Below are positions 1 to 11,368 of a stretch of DNA of 64,000 nucleotides, piece after piece; positions within the stretch are counted from its first letter, which is position 1, and every line of letters starts with the position of its first letter. The position numbers and the translations under genes were made by a program. Origin of the DNA: Podarcis melisellensis (taxonomy: Eukaryota). The notes beneath the pieces are model-generated. The model was not told where the DNA came from. It saw nothing but the letters and a program-made list of their open reading frames with translations, and ran no database searches. The stretch lies in the NCBI GenBank assembly GCA_964234715.1, contig OZ174280.1. One strand, 5' to 3'.

Positions 1-2150
1 TCTCACTCTTTTCTCTCCCTAACATACTCCCTGTGCTTGGATTGGTTAATAATGCATTTCATTAGGACATGAGCCCTTTTCAGACATTCAGTTTCCCCAA
101 ATAATTTGAATTATGAGGGGGGTCTCACCAGTTCTGCCTACGCCATTATTTCCCATCCCCACTGCCCTCCATGCAAGGGGCGGTGAAAGTTTCTGCTGTG
201 CATGTGGGTCAGCTTCTGAACCACGCAGGGAGACTACATCAATACAGCAGGCTCCCACTCCAGAAGTTCAGACCCAACTTCTGAAAGGTAGCAGAGGCTA
301 TAGCCCTACTCTCCCCACCTATGCAGTGAGGAAAATATGAGTAGGAGCACCTGAATGGGGGTGGGGGTCGGGGGTTCATTGGAAAACCCTGTTTGGTTTG
401 GTTTTGCCTAGCAACTCTAAATACCGTGCAGACTGGAGCAAGAGAGCTGGACAGCCTCATTCAATCCCTGGGTCTGAGGTTTACCAACCCTAAATTAGGC
501 CAAATTATGAGAACAAAGAACTAGGGAGGTCAGGAGAAGGGATGCAGGACCACGGCTAGCTCTGCTGAGAAGACACACTCTTCCCTACACCAGCTATCTC
601 CTGGCAGCAGCCATTGCACCAGGCTGTAGTGGAAAGGAAGGGAAAAGAAGAGGTGCAAGGCCATTCCACTGGCCCACCTGAGAACCCAGCAGTTCTCTTC
701 TCCTTGAACATTTTCATCCCAGCGGGTCATCAGAGGAACTCGTAGCCAAGAACTTGTGTCTGAAGTCTGCTTATTTCCTCCTTCCCACCCCCAATCCATT
801 TTCCTTTTGTACCACATCTTAGTAGACTGTCAGCCTGAGAGCAGGGACTGCTGCCATGTTTGTGGTGAACTATATAAACCATTCTTCTGGGGGTGTAGAG
901 CAGGATAATAATTCTTTAAACAAACGAATGAATGGATGGATGGATGAGGATAAAGGACGAAGGAAGGAAGATGACGGCATTGACCATGAACAGATGCAAG
1001 AGATATCAAAATATAGCTTTACAGGCACTAGGGGATAGAAGAGCCTGATAAAAGGAGGATGAAATGGAGCTGAATTTGAAGAAATGTTGGGGAGGTGCAA
1101 CAAAAAGGGCTTTAATTTTTGAGGCTAAGGGAGAGAGAGATTTGAAAAGAAACAGGGCATTGGGGGAGTTGGGTAGAGTGAGGACATCTTCATGTAGAAC
1201 AACCTGGCAGCTTGTTTGCAGTAGTGCCACTGGCAATGCTGTTCCAGTGTACATAAAGAGTGGTGGTGTGTTCTAATAAAAATAGAAGGAGCCTGGACAG
1301 CAGCAGCAAATGTAAAGTTATTGATGTCTGTCTGCAGAGAGGAGCCAGTTCCTGGAGCAGCGTCCAAAAGTCTCATCAAAGCAATTGATTCTCACCAACC
1401 CCTCCTTCATGCATCTCTCTGGGAAGGCCCTGGCTAAGGGTGAGCGGTTGGCAGGTGCACAAGAAGTCGCTCCTTAATGAAAGGGCACCAGCTGCTGCTC
1501 CGCTCCAGCCTCTGTTGCATCGAAATCCCCAAAGCTCTGGTGAGGCCGAGGCAGTGCAATGCAGCCAGCCTCCAGCCCCATTGGGAATGCTCTGAACCCC
1601 ACTCCTGTGCCTCATAAGATGGGGCAGTTAATATTCTGTTACCCATTTGCCCACCATCTCTGTTCAGAATAACATGGGTGCCAATTCATGGCATCTCTGT
1701 TAAGAGGAGTTGTTTTGCACAAACATGCTCAGTTTGCACGCCTCTGCTGAGTGCAGTTTCTGATCTACTGTCCCAGATGCAGCCCACCAGCCATTCATCA
1801 TGGCCTCTCATGCGTCTTTGGAATTCCCTGCTGGGAGCAAAAACTAGGGTTGTGCACTGTGTTCAGCAGAGTCCTGAACCAAGTGCTCAGGTGGCCCAGG
1901 TAGGAAGGTGAGAAGAAGGAGAATTCACAAAATGGGAAGAGGAGAGGCATACTTGACCAGCTATGTTTTCCCAGGAGAAAGTGGGGCGCAGGCTGGATGC
2001 CTTTGGATGCAGGCTTGACCACCTGGCTTCTCCTTCTTCTCACCTGATGCACCACTGTCTGGAGCAGCAGCACCCTCTGGTAAGGGCTTTCCTTGCAGGG
2101 AAGGCGCTCATGAAGGAGCAGCACCACACAGGATGGAATCCTCCACTTAC

Positions 2151-2272
2151 CAGCTCCTAAGTGGAGAATTTGATTCTTCATAGTGCTGGTTGCAGCTCAA
2201 GGGGTTTTCCTGCTGGGAATGTGCTGGAGACCAAACCGTCCTGCTCTAAGTCGAGACTCAGGCAAGGGGGAG
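2151..2272 (-). other. Candidate first exon ending in CTG|GTAAGT, with a possible 31-nt coding start MKNQILHLGA
   Basis: Consensus donor GTAAGT at 2150-2145 (- strand); ATG at 2181; lies about 30 nt downstream of the TATA-like motif. Peptide not recognised. Confidence 0.25.
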
Positions 2273-2450
2273 AGATATCTCCTCCTCCTCCCCTGTATGT
2301 TTAATAAAGGGTTTTAACCCCCTAATTAGACATCAGGCTCACCACCCCCACCACCCCAAATTAATCCAGGGTTGGATCTGGGGTAGGGTGGGTGGTTTCC
2401 TGGTCAGCACAGGTCAGGCCAGCCCAATCCAGAGGGCTCGGATTAGGGAC
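2270..2450 (-). promoter_or_regulatory. Candidate photoreceptor/pineal-type proximal promoter
   Basis: Cluster of K50 homeodomain sites (TAATCC 2362-2367, GGATTA 2440-2445), CTAATTAG (2322-2329), Maf/NRL half-site TGCTGACCA (- strand, 2401-2409), AGGTCA (2411-2416) and a TATA-like TTTATTAAA (- strand, 2300-2308), upstream of a strong donor at 2150. Motif inference only. Confidence 0.3.
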
Positions 2451-2464
2451 CTGGGGCAGATGGA

Positions 2465-2488
2465 TGTGTGTGTGTGTGTGTGTGTGTG
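2465..2488. repeat. (TG)n microsatellite
   Basis: Direct reading. Confidence 0.95.
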
Positions 2489-3081
2489 TACAGCCTTAGG
2501 GAAAAACAGGTTTATTCAGACTTGGTCAGTCTTATAGAGCTGTATTCAGCTTGGTCGCAGGTTGTAATGGTCTGGGTAGGTGAGCATGAGGAAGTAAAGA
2601 AGGAAGGAAGGAATTGTTTTTAATGATCAGATTTCTGTGCAACAAGGATTACCAAACTGTCATAACTGTCCTCCCTAAGTAAATAAAATATGGCTCAATC
2701 TAATATAATTAAGATGAAGAGTTAACATGGAACATCTGGTAGTGTACATCTATCTCAGAACAAGCTGATAAAAAGAAAATTTATGACACGGAATTATGTG
2801 GTCATAAAAGATGGGTGGGTCAGGTCACAGAAGCGCCAGCCATCGTGTTTTCAAATAGCTCTTCAAATATATCAAGATTATAAATTTGGTTCTATGAATA
2901 TGATAGCTAAGCTACTCACATCTCCAAATTTTGTTCCAGATATCATAGACCACCAAAGTGGAATATTAAAAATGGAGCAAATCTGTATATGGCAGAGCTC
3001 GTCATGTGTTTCACCACAGGCCTCTTTAAAAATGTGATTCACTTATATATGAAATTCTGCCATGGGGCTCATCAAATGTAA

Positions 3082-3441
3082 AAAAAAAAAAGGTAAGGAC
3101 CCCTGACAGTTAAGTCCAGTCATGAACGACTCTGGAGTTACGGCACTCAGCTTTCTTTACTGGCCGAGGGAGCCGACGTTTGTCCACAGACAGTTTTTCC
3201 GGGTCATGTGGCCAGCATGACTAGGCAAAACCAGAGCAGCGCACAGAAATGCTGTTTACCTTCCCACCAGAGCAGTACCTATTTATCTACTTGCATTTTG
3301 ACGTGCTTTCGAACTGCTAGGTTGGCAGGAGCAGGGACCGAGCAACAGGAGCTCACCCCGTCACGGGGATTCGAACCGTCAACCTTCCGATTGGCAAGCC
3401 CTGGGCTCAGTGGTTTAGACCACAGTGCCACCCGCATCCCT
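3082..3441 (-). mobile_element. Sauria SINE, full length
   Basis: tRNA-derived head GGGATGCGGGTGGCACTGTGG on - strand, ACCTTT tail, 13-bp TSD tcatcaaatgtaa (3069-3081 / 3442-3454). Confidence 0.95.
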
Positions 3442-4719
3442 TCATCAAATGTAATTCACCTAAATGAAAGAGGTGGCTTTCCTGGTGGCTCCTTACTCAG
3501 GCTTACAGCTGATCAGTGAAAAAGAGTAGTGCCACTTGGGTATAAATGGTCACCAAATTAGCAGCTCCACCAAAATTAAAACTACAGTATGTGGAAAAGA
3601 GCAGATTCTCCTATGTTTGGTGCTTTCAACATGTCCAACATACCGATCATACACAGCGTATTCAGACTCGTAAAATTGTGCTAGAAATTGTGAGGCTGTT
3701 GCTTGAGCACCCTGAGGAAAGCTACCCAACACTTTGACAATGTATGCTTATCTGACAAGTGTATAAAAATATATGGGATAGTCATAGCTCACTGCTACAG
3801 CACACTGCTACATAGCTCATTGCCGTGCAAGCAGCCCACGACATCCCTCCATGAAAAAGACTTGCGGAACCAGCTGAGCTCAACATGCCCCTGCCTGTGC
3901 TCCTGAGAGGAGATGATACTGGACAGTGAATTGACTCTTGATAAGGCAGCGTCGTATCTGGTATTTGTACTGTTCACCTAAGGCATGTAGTGTGACAAGC
4001 ATGGGAAGAATGAGCCAGTGCTCTCCCCACCCAAATAGGTTTTGGACACGAGGCTGAAGATCCGTCCAGTGTAAGCAAATCAGGGCAACCCACAGACCCA
4101 TCCGGCGCTTGTGGGGGGCAGCTGCAGATCTGGCAGATGCAAAACCCCCTTGTTTCCCTGGCATGCCCACACAATTGGCCCGAGACAATGCCAGTCCTGG
4201 AGCTGGCATAGTTCTTTCCCTGCCATTACAGTCATATGCAATGCAATGAAAAATGCTGCCCCCACCCGCATGCAAGTGAGCCAGCAGGGCTACATGTTCT
4301 TCGTCTTCTTAAATCTGTAGCCTTGGAGTCAGTTTTGTTACTAATGTGTGGGACACATCCAAAGTTAAGCTTTTTTAAAAGTCCTATTGATTTGGATGGG
4401 AGAGATGTCAGCATGTTCTTAACTTCCCCGTGGCAGTCAATGGGTCTTAAAAGTGCTTACCTGTGGCTGGATCTTGCTCAGAATATTCCATGTTTTCTTA
4501 ATCCAGAAATCAATCATTTCCATTTAGATGCTAACTCCACACCAGCTGTTACAAGGAGATATGTGATCAGTCCCTGTCCTGTGCACATCTCCCCAGGACA
4601 AGGTCTCACTGAACACAATGGCGCTTATGCTCAAATAACCATGTTATAGGACTGCATGACATGAAAACTAAATATATATCCCAAGTTGTTTTTAACTCAT
4701 CCTGCCCAGACTTCTACAG

Positions 4720-4841
4720 CAGGTGTGGGGAGCCTATTATTGGATGCCAACTCCCATCAGCTGCAGCCAGCATGGCAAATGGTCAGGGATGAAGGAGTTG
4801 GAGGGAACAGCACCTGGAGAGCCACTGATTCCCCTGCCCTG
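4720..4841. mobile_element. Short palindromic hAT-type MITE (aactcccatc...gatgggagtt family), decayed
   Basis: caggtgtgggga...cccctgccctg termini; same family as 32238-32375. Confidence 0.6.
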
Positions 4842-4904
4842 CCATACTGCATTTCACCACACATGAAAATATTCTGCATTTAAACAAACAAGCAAACTAA
4901 GGCA

Positions 4905-5975
4905 CTGTTTGTTGGCGGTTCCCTAGACTGGGTGGCCGGGAGGTTGCCGACTCTTGGTGGGTTTACACTCCCTTTGAAGGAGTGGATATCCAGCATGGGG
5001 GATTCTTCTGGGCGCATTGCTGTTATCTGAGGCTCAGGTGGCTTCAGTGGCGCAGAGTGCCATCCATCAACTTTGGCTGGTGGCCCACCTGTGCCCCAAT
5101 CTGAACAGGGACAGTCCAACTACTATTGTGTATACAGTGGTACCTCGGGTTACAGACGCTTCAGGTTACAGACGCTTCAGGTTACAGACTCCGCTAACCC
5201 AGGAATAGTAACTTGGGTTAAGAGCTTTGCTTCAGGATGAGAACAGAAATCGTGCGGCAGCAGTGGGAGGCCCCATTAGTTAAAGTGGTACCTCAGGTTA
5301 AGAACAGTTTCAGGTTAAGAACAGATCTCCAGAACGAAATAAGTTCTTAACCAGAGGTACCACTGTACTCTGGTAAGGTCTACATTAGATACTGCAGCAC
5401 ATTATACAGAGGACTGCCTCTGAAGTTGGTTTGGAAATTTCAGCTGTGCTGAATTCAGCAGCCAAGTTGCTCACTGGGGCAAGATGGTTTGAGCACATTA
5501 CACTGACTGCACTGGCTGCCAATTAGTTTCCAGACCCAATTCAAAGTGCTGGTTCTGACCTATAAAGCCTTAGATGGCTCAGGACCACAATACCTCAAGG
5601 ACTGCCTCTGCCCATATGAACCCACCCAGACCCTGAGATCACCCTCTGAAGCCCATCTTCGTGTTTGTCCTCTGCAAAAGATCCAGAGTGTGGCAACATG
5701 AGAACAGGCCTTTTCCGTGGTGGCTTGCCAGTTGTGGAATGTTTTCTCCAGGGAGGCTCACCTTTAGTCTACAGGTGAAAACATTCCTCTTCATCCAGGC
5801 CTTAGGCTGATCAATATCCGATGCCCTTTTAAATGTGCTGTGGGAGAGAGGATTGTTGGTTTGTTGTTCTTATTTTCACTTTGTATTTTGTGGTTCTTAG
5901 ATTGTTATTTTATGCTGTGAACTGCCACGGGAACTGCAAATGAGGGGCAGTATATATACAAAATAAATATATAAA
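4905..5975 (+). mobile_element. L2 LINE 3' fragment, decayed, interrupted by a MITE
   Basis: Translates to EAQVASVAQSAIHQLWLV...LHWLPISFQTQFKVLVLTYKAL, typical of the L2 ORF2 C-terminus; AT-rich tail. Confidence 0.85.
5135..5365. mobile_element. Tc1/mariner-pogo (Tigger-like) MITE
   Basis: TIRs cagtggtacctcgggtta / taaccagaggtaccactg, TA TSD; inserted in L2. Confidence 0.9.
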
Positions 5976-7262
5976 TATGGCAAGATCAGAGGTCATCATC
6001 TGCTAGCACACCCCTACCACCCAAATGTTCCCAGGAGCACCTCTAACCTGCCTGGCAATGGGTCTTCTACTTGATTCTTGTTCCTTGCAGTTTGCTGAAG
6101 TGTCTAAAACCAGCTCTGCTGCTAAATTACATGCATGTGGTGTTTTTTTACACAAGCTGTAAAACATACCAACCCATATGGAATCTGCCAAGCCAATAGC
6201 CATAGCAGTAATGTTTGAATGAGCAAGAGCTCAATTTGCTGAGAAACTGCACCCGGCAAAGTGTCATTTCTGTGCATTGGTTTTCACCTAATGAAGACTA
6301 ATGGCAGGAGAACAAAGATTAACGTGTGCTGTGATTTCCCTCTGGATGATGAGAGTTGAGAAATTGCAAGTGAAATAAATAAGTCCAAATACTAAGCATT
6401 GTGTTTCTGAGGTTGATTTGGACATGGCTTATATTTGGGTGGGTGGCGGGGCTTGAAAGAGGGAAGGCAGACCTATGCTGATGATAAAATTAGTAAATTA
6501 AAAAAGCATGGGGAATGAGGGGTTTGCAGTTAGGCTCAGAAAACCAACCAGTAGAAAAATCAGCCTGGCTAGTCTTTTTGACCTCTGGACCAGATGCCAG
6601 AATGTTTGCTTGTAAAAGCCAAAATTATAATCTGGCTATGAGAATTTTCAAAAGGAAAGTCTGCAGCATTATTTCAACATGTATCTCAAACCCCTCAAGT
6701 GTCCTGATTGAACTGGGACATCCCAGATTGATCCCAAACGCAGATGCCCGTTTTGGCCAGAGCGCGGTACCAAATGATGGGCATTTTTTGGTTCCATACT
6801 GTGGTGCAAGTCAGCTGACACACGCCAGAGTACAGGACCAATAAACAGAAGGAGAACTTACCTTGACCCAGCATGTCACTGCTCACCTTTCTCCTTCTGC
6901 CATGACACTTCCACAAGTTGGCTGGCTGGCTTCCAGAAGTTCACCTGTGGCACCAGAGGAGGAGGCAGGTCTGGTCCGCACCACATCTCCTGACACGGCA
7001 CAGGCAGGGGCAACTTTCCAGTAGGTCTCTCTAGTCTACGCACGTCTCTCGACAAGCAGAAGTCCTCACACAGGGCTCCTTAGGTGACTCTCTGACATAT
7101 GTTCACAAACTGATATGGAAATGTGGCGAACTGGCAGATTCATCCCTCCTTGCTCACAGTGGTGATGCCAACGTACCTTGAGTGGAGAGCCATTCCTGAT
7201 CCCTCCAGCAAGAAGATCACCCTCACTTGCAGAGACTCTTTGCCTAAATCTTAATTTGCAAG

Positions 7263-7736
7263 CAGGGCTGAATTAACCATGAAGCAAACTAAGCAGGAGC
7301 TTAGGGCATCAGAGGAAGGGGGACACCACAGAAATCTCCCATTGCCAAATTTTTAACGTTAATGGTCACAGATTGCTCAGCTGAGCATTCCTTTTCTCAG
7401 CTGGAGTATATTAAAAACCCCAACAGAACAACTATGCAACAAGGCAGGCTGGATGTCTTATCTCTACTAAATATAGAAGCAGATGTGTTTCATAAGATAG
7501 TTTTGAGGATCTGATCAAAGACTTTGCAACTAGAAAAAGCAGGAGAATGTTTATCAAATATAAATAAAGTGGAAGTATGCAAAAGTAAACATTATTTTCC
7601 ATTTTATTGTAGGTTTTGTTTCATTTCAAAAAATAAACTTTTGCAGTGTATAATTGTTTATATTTTGAATTAGATATCTAGGGGGGTACCAACATTTTTT
7701 TAATGCTTATGGACTCTGAAGACCTTAATCTGCCCC
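7263..7736 (+). mobile_element. Internally deleted hAT (Tip100-like) transposon with transposase C-terminal remnant
   Basis: 7341-7563 translates FLTLMVTDCSAEHSFSQLEYIKNPNRTTMQQGRLDVLSLLNIE...(frameshift)FEDLIKDFATRKSR, a hAT dimerisation domain; termini cagggctgaattaa / ttaatctgccc. Confidence 0.85.
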
Positions 7737-8196
7737 CCCCCCCCAAGGAAGGCATTTCCACAGACCAGGCTGTCACTGCTGAGTTCCCTGCAGGCTAAGA
7801 AGCAGAGCATAGAATATCCAAGTGGAACTGCAATGTGAGTTTAGGTGGACAAAATGCAATTACCTAGGTTGGAACGCAGCCAGGTTGAAAGCTTCAAACT
7901 TTTATGAAAAGTGCCAGGGATTTTTAATGACATGTTCAGGGAAAGCTCACAGTGTGTTTTGCAACTCATCAGTGAGGCAGTAGCTTTCCTGGCATGAGGC
8001 CAGGGAGAAGCACCTGAGGTATGGTGATCAACTCATCAGTGCCGGTTGCATATGGAAAAGGTCCATGAGCACTAGAGATTCTCAACTTTTTCTGGGTCCT
8101 TCCTGGCCAGTTGAATGCCCTGCCTAATTTGCTTCGGAATTCTGGTTGCTAAGAAATTGAATAGAGGGGAGAGGGCTGTTGCAGTCAGATCCTATT

Positions 8197-8307
8197 TCAT
8201 AGAATCATAGAGTTGGAAGAGACCACAAGGGCCATCGAGTCCAACCCCCTGCCAAGCAGGAAACACCATCAGAGCACTCCTGACATATGGTTGTCAAGCC
8301 TCTGCTT
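8197..8307 (-). mobile_element. Young CR1 LINE 3' end inserted in an older CR1-type tail (about 8120-8417, +)
   Basis: (ATTCTATG)n tail; identical over its length to the 3' end of the CR1 at 60579; host continues ggcatctggttggctactgtgagaac...cttatgttct. Confidence 0.9.
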
Positions 8308-10063
8308 GACAACCATATTTGTGGGCTTTCCGAAGGCATCTGGTTGGCTACTGTGAGAACAGAGTGGTGGACTAGATGGGCCACAGGTCTGACTCAGCAA
8401 GTGTTGTCTTATGTTCTCGTGCTTGTGCTGATGATGCTTTGTGCATGACAATCAACATTAATTCATTGCCTCTGTTTTTTCTCCACTCTCCTAATGCTGC
8501 ACAATGGTCTCTCTTCCTTTCCTGCAGTTCTGCTTTTTTGCACCAACAATTCCTTAACTTTAGCAATAGCTTTCCCGACTCTGCCCCTCTCGTTCCCTTC
8601 CTCTGGGCTACCCTCTCCTCCCCTGTGTCCAGTCCTTCTTTTGTTCCCTGTTTGGATGCCTGAAAGCCCCTATTTATTACAGTAATATGAAGAGAGAGTC
8701 TCTTTTCTCTTGTGGCTGCAGATGGGTACCTTGTTCAATCCAAGTTCTGTTTGCTGCCGAAGAATAACAATGAACTGGGACATTGCAGGGACATAGCAAA
8801 AGAGCATCTCTGTGTTTCGAGAGACATCGCCATGTCTGTGGCCAAAATAACTTCACTTGTTTTATTTATAAACTGGGAGGGGGATTGGCTGTGAGCAGCA
8901 TACAGATGTTGTTGCAGCTGGCCCTGTGTTGTGCTACACAGGACTCGTCTATAATTTCTGGCCCACACCAGAAGGGGGATTGCAGGCCCTTCTGGCTGGG
9001 AAGTTCATCGTTTTCCCACTGACAGTCTGAGCAGTTGTTGTAAGTCCTGCATTTACTGGAAATGTAGAATGAAAATCCTTTCAAATGGCCTGATATGAGA
9101 ATAGATCTGGGCTCTGGGCTCTGGCAAGATGCCTGCTATGCAGGCGGTGGGGACATCAGTGGGGTGAAATGAAGGCATCCAAGCCTTGGGACTCTACAGA
9201 CACAATGCCCTTCCCTAGCTACACCCACTATCTCCAGGCACTGCCCCTGGCTTTGCATGGCTGGAATGTGTCCTTGACTTCTTGCTTGTCTGGATGGTGG
9301 GCTAAGAGAGGTGTGCAAGTGTGTGCAGAAACTACACATGTAGAATTCACATTAGTTGTTGTACCCTCCTTTGCTTTTGGCCCTATACATTACTGGCATC
9401 TGTCCCCCTACCTAGAAAAGAATGTGGCCCTCAGACTGAATCCTGCTGTGATGGGACCTCTCAAATTGTGGGGAGCACTAGTTCAGCTGTTGGTCACTCT
9501 TCCCATTGGGATATGGAAGATCACCCTGTCTCACCTGGAAGGCGTGAGTGGAGGAAAGAGTTCACACCCTTAATGTTGCTGTTGGTCCTAACTGCACTGT
9601 CCCCCTTCTTTAAATGCAGCATCTTCAGTAGAAATGACTGAGGATTTTGTTTGTTCCACATTTTTAAAAGAACCAATCTGATTTTCTTTTCCTAGGCCAC
9701 TACAAAGTTTTTACACTTCTTTGAATTTTGCAAAACTGTTCACAGCTCAATAACATATCAAAACGTACACTTAAAGTTGAGAAGCATGTGCAAATGGGTG
9801 GTTTGATAACATGCGAAACTGACACATTTATTACTGGAAATATCTTGATCCATCCAACTTTACTTTACCTTGCTGCAGCTGCATTTAATGAAGGCTGAGA
9901 CGCTTCACAGAACAATTTGGCAAACTACACCATGAAGTGTCTCCCACCTATGTCACACGAACTGCAGTGTGATGACAACCTTGCATTTTTATGTATATAG
10001 GAAGATATGTTCTGGTGAACATCAAACACAGTGGATAATACATAGCAGGTATGTGAATAAGAT

Positions 10064-10425
10064 GGGACGCGGGTGGCGCTGTGGGTTAAAGCCTCAGCGC
10101 CTAGGGCTTGCCGATCGAAAGGTCGGCGGTTCGAATCCCCGCGGCGGGGTGCGCTCCCGCTGCTCGGTCCCAGCGCCTGCCAACCTAGCAGTTCGAAAGC
10201 ACCCTCGGGTGCAAGTAGATAAATAGGGACCGCTTTCTAGCGGGAAGGTAAACGGCGTTTCCGTGTGCAGCTCTGGCTCACCAGAGCAGCGATGTCACAC
10301 TGGCCACGTGACCCGGAAGTGTCTTCGGACAGCGCTGGCCCCTGGCCTCTTGAGTGAGATGGGCGCACAACCCCAGAGTCTGGCAAGACTGGCCCGTACG
10401 GGCAGGGGTACCTTTACCTTTACCT
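10064..10425 (+). mobile_element. Sauria SINE, full length, young CpG-rich subfamily
   Basis: GGGACGCGGGTGGCGCTG head, ACCTTTACCTTTACCT tail, 13-bp TSD tatgtgaataaga (10050-10062 / 10426-10438). Confidence 0.95.
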
Positions 10426-10814
10426 TATGTGAATAAGAGGGTGGGCAAATGGATTGCTGTAGCTCTCAGTAAAGAATATTTTACTGCACAGGAATGGGAA
10501 AAAACGCGCGGCACAGTCCAACCAAAGTTAAGCACTTTCACACCCATTCCAAAGCACATGCTTAAACCTTCCCCAATGGAATGGAACTTAAAATGGATTA
10601 ACTTTGGCCAAATTATACCCAGAATATTTTATTGTAAATCCATGGCTAAAAGTAATGTTTCCCTATTTCTTTAAACCTCCCAATGCTTTTGGGGCAGTGT
10701 GATTCTTTTTCAGGGAGGGAAAGCTGTATAATAAAACATATCCTGTGCAGCTATCATTTCAAAATGGGTGGGGTACAAATAATAGAATTATTAGTATTAT
10801 TATTATCACTTAAC

Positions 10815-11368
10815 TGACACGAAGCACAGTTTGTTTGCAGATCAGAGAGAGACAAGGCGACACCAGCTAACTTGCAGTTAGTTATTTTATTAAGGAATCA
10901 GAACAGGAAACATACAGAGACTCCTGAGAGTCCACTCCTGAGACTCCACTACAGCAAGCAGCTGCACAGACTGTTTTGCACCTCCCACTTCAGTCCATTC
11001 CCTCTGTGTCAGGTCCCTCCATCTACGGTGAGCCCCAAGGGACCCTCTCTGCCTCCACCTTTCTCTCTGCTCTGTGAGGTGCATCAAACACCATGATCTG
11101 GACGTGGGAGGAGCAGGCAGGCTGTCAGTAGAAACACTGTCAGGGGGGCTCTGTGGTGAAGCTGCTTAGTCTGACTCCAGTCTTTGCTGCATGCTGGGGT
11201 ACCTGCCCCCCCTTTTCCTCATTTTCCAAGCCCCCAGTCTCTAGTACCTCCCAGCTCTTCCCTTCCTTCCAGGAGCCCGAATCCAAATCTTCTTCCTCTG
11301 TGCTTTCCCTTGGGGGCTCTTGGTCAGGCAGTTTGCACCACTTCTCCTCATCTAGCCAGTCCCTGACA
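10815..11368 (-). mobile_element. Solo LTR (Gypsy-like), 554 bp
   Basis: TG...CA termini, 5-bp TSD ttaac (10810-10814 / 11369-11373), AATAAA on - strand near 10885, begins tgtcagggactggc on - strand. Confidence 0.75.

Noticed and set aside
6884-6903. ATG GCA GAA GGA GAA (MAEGE), like the FGF1 N-terminus
   Set aside because: Followed by R and a stop or a donor site; no further FGF1 similarity.
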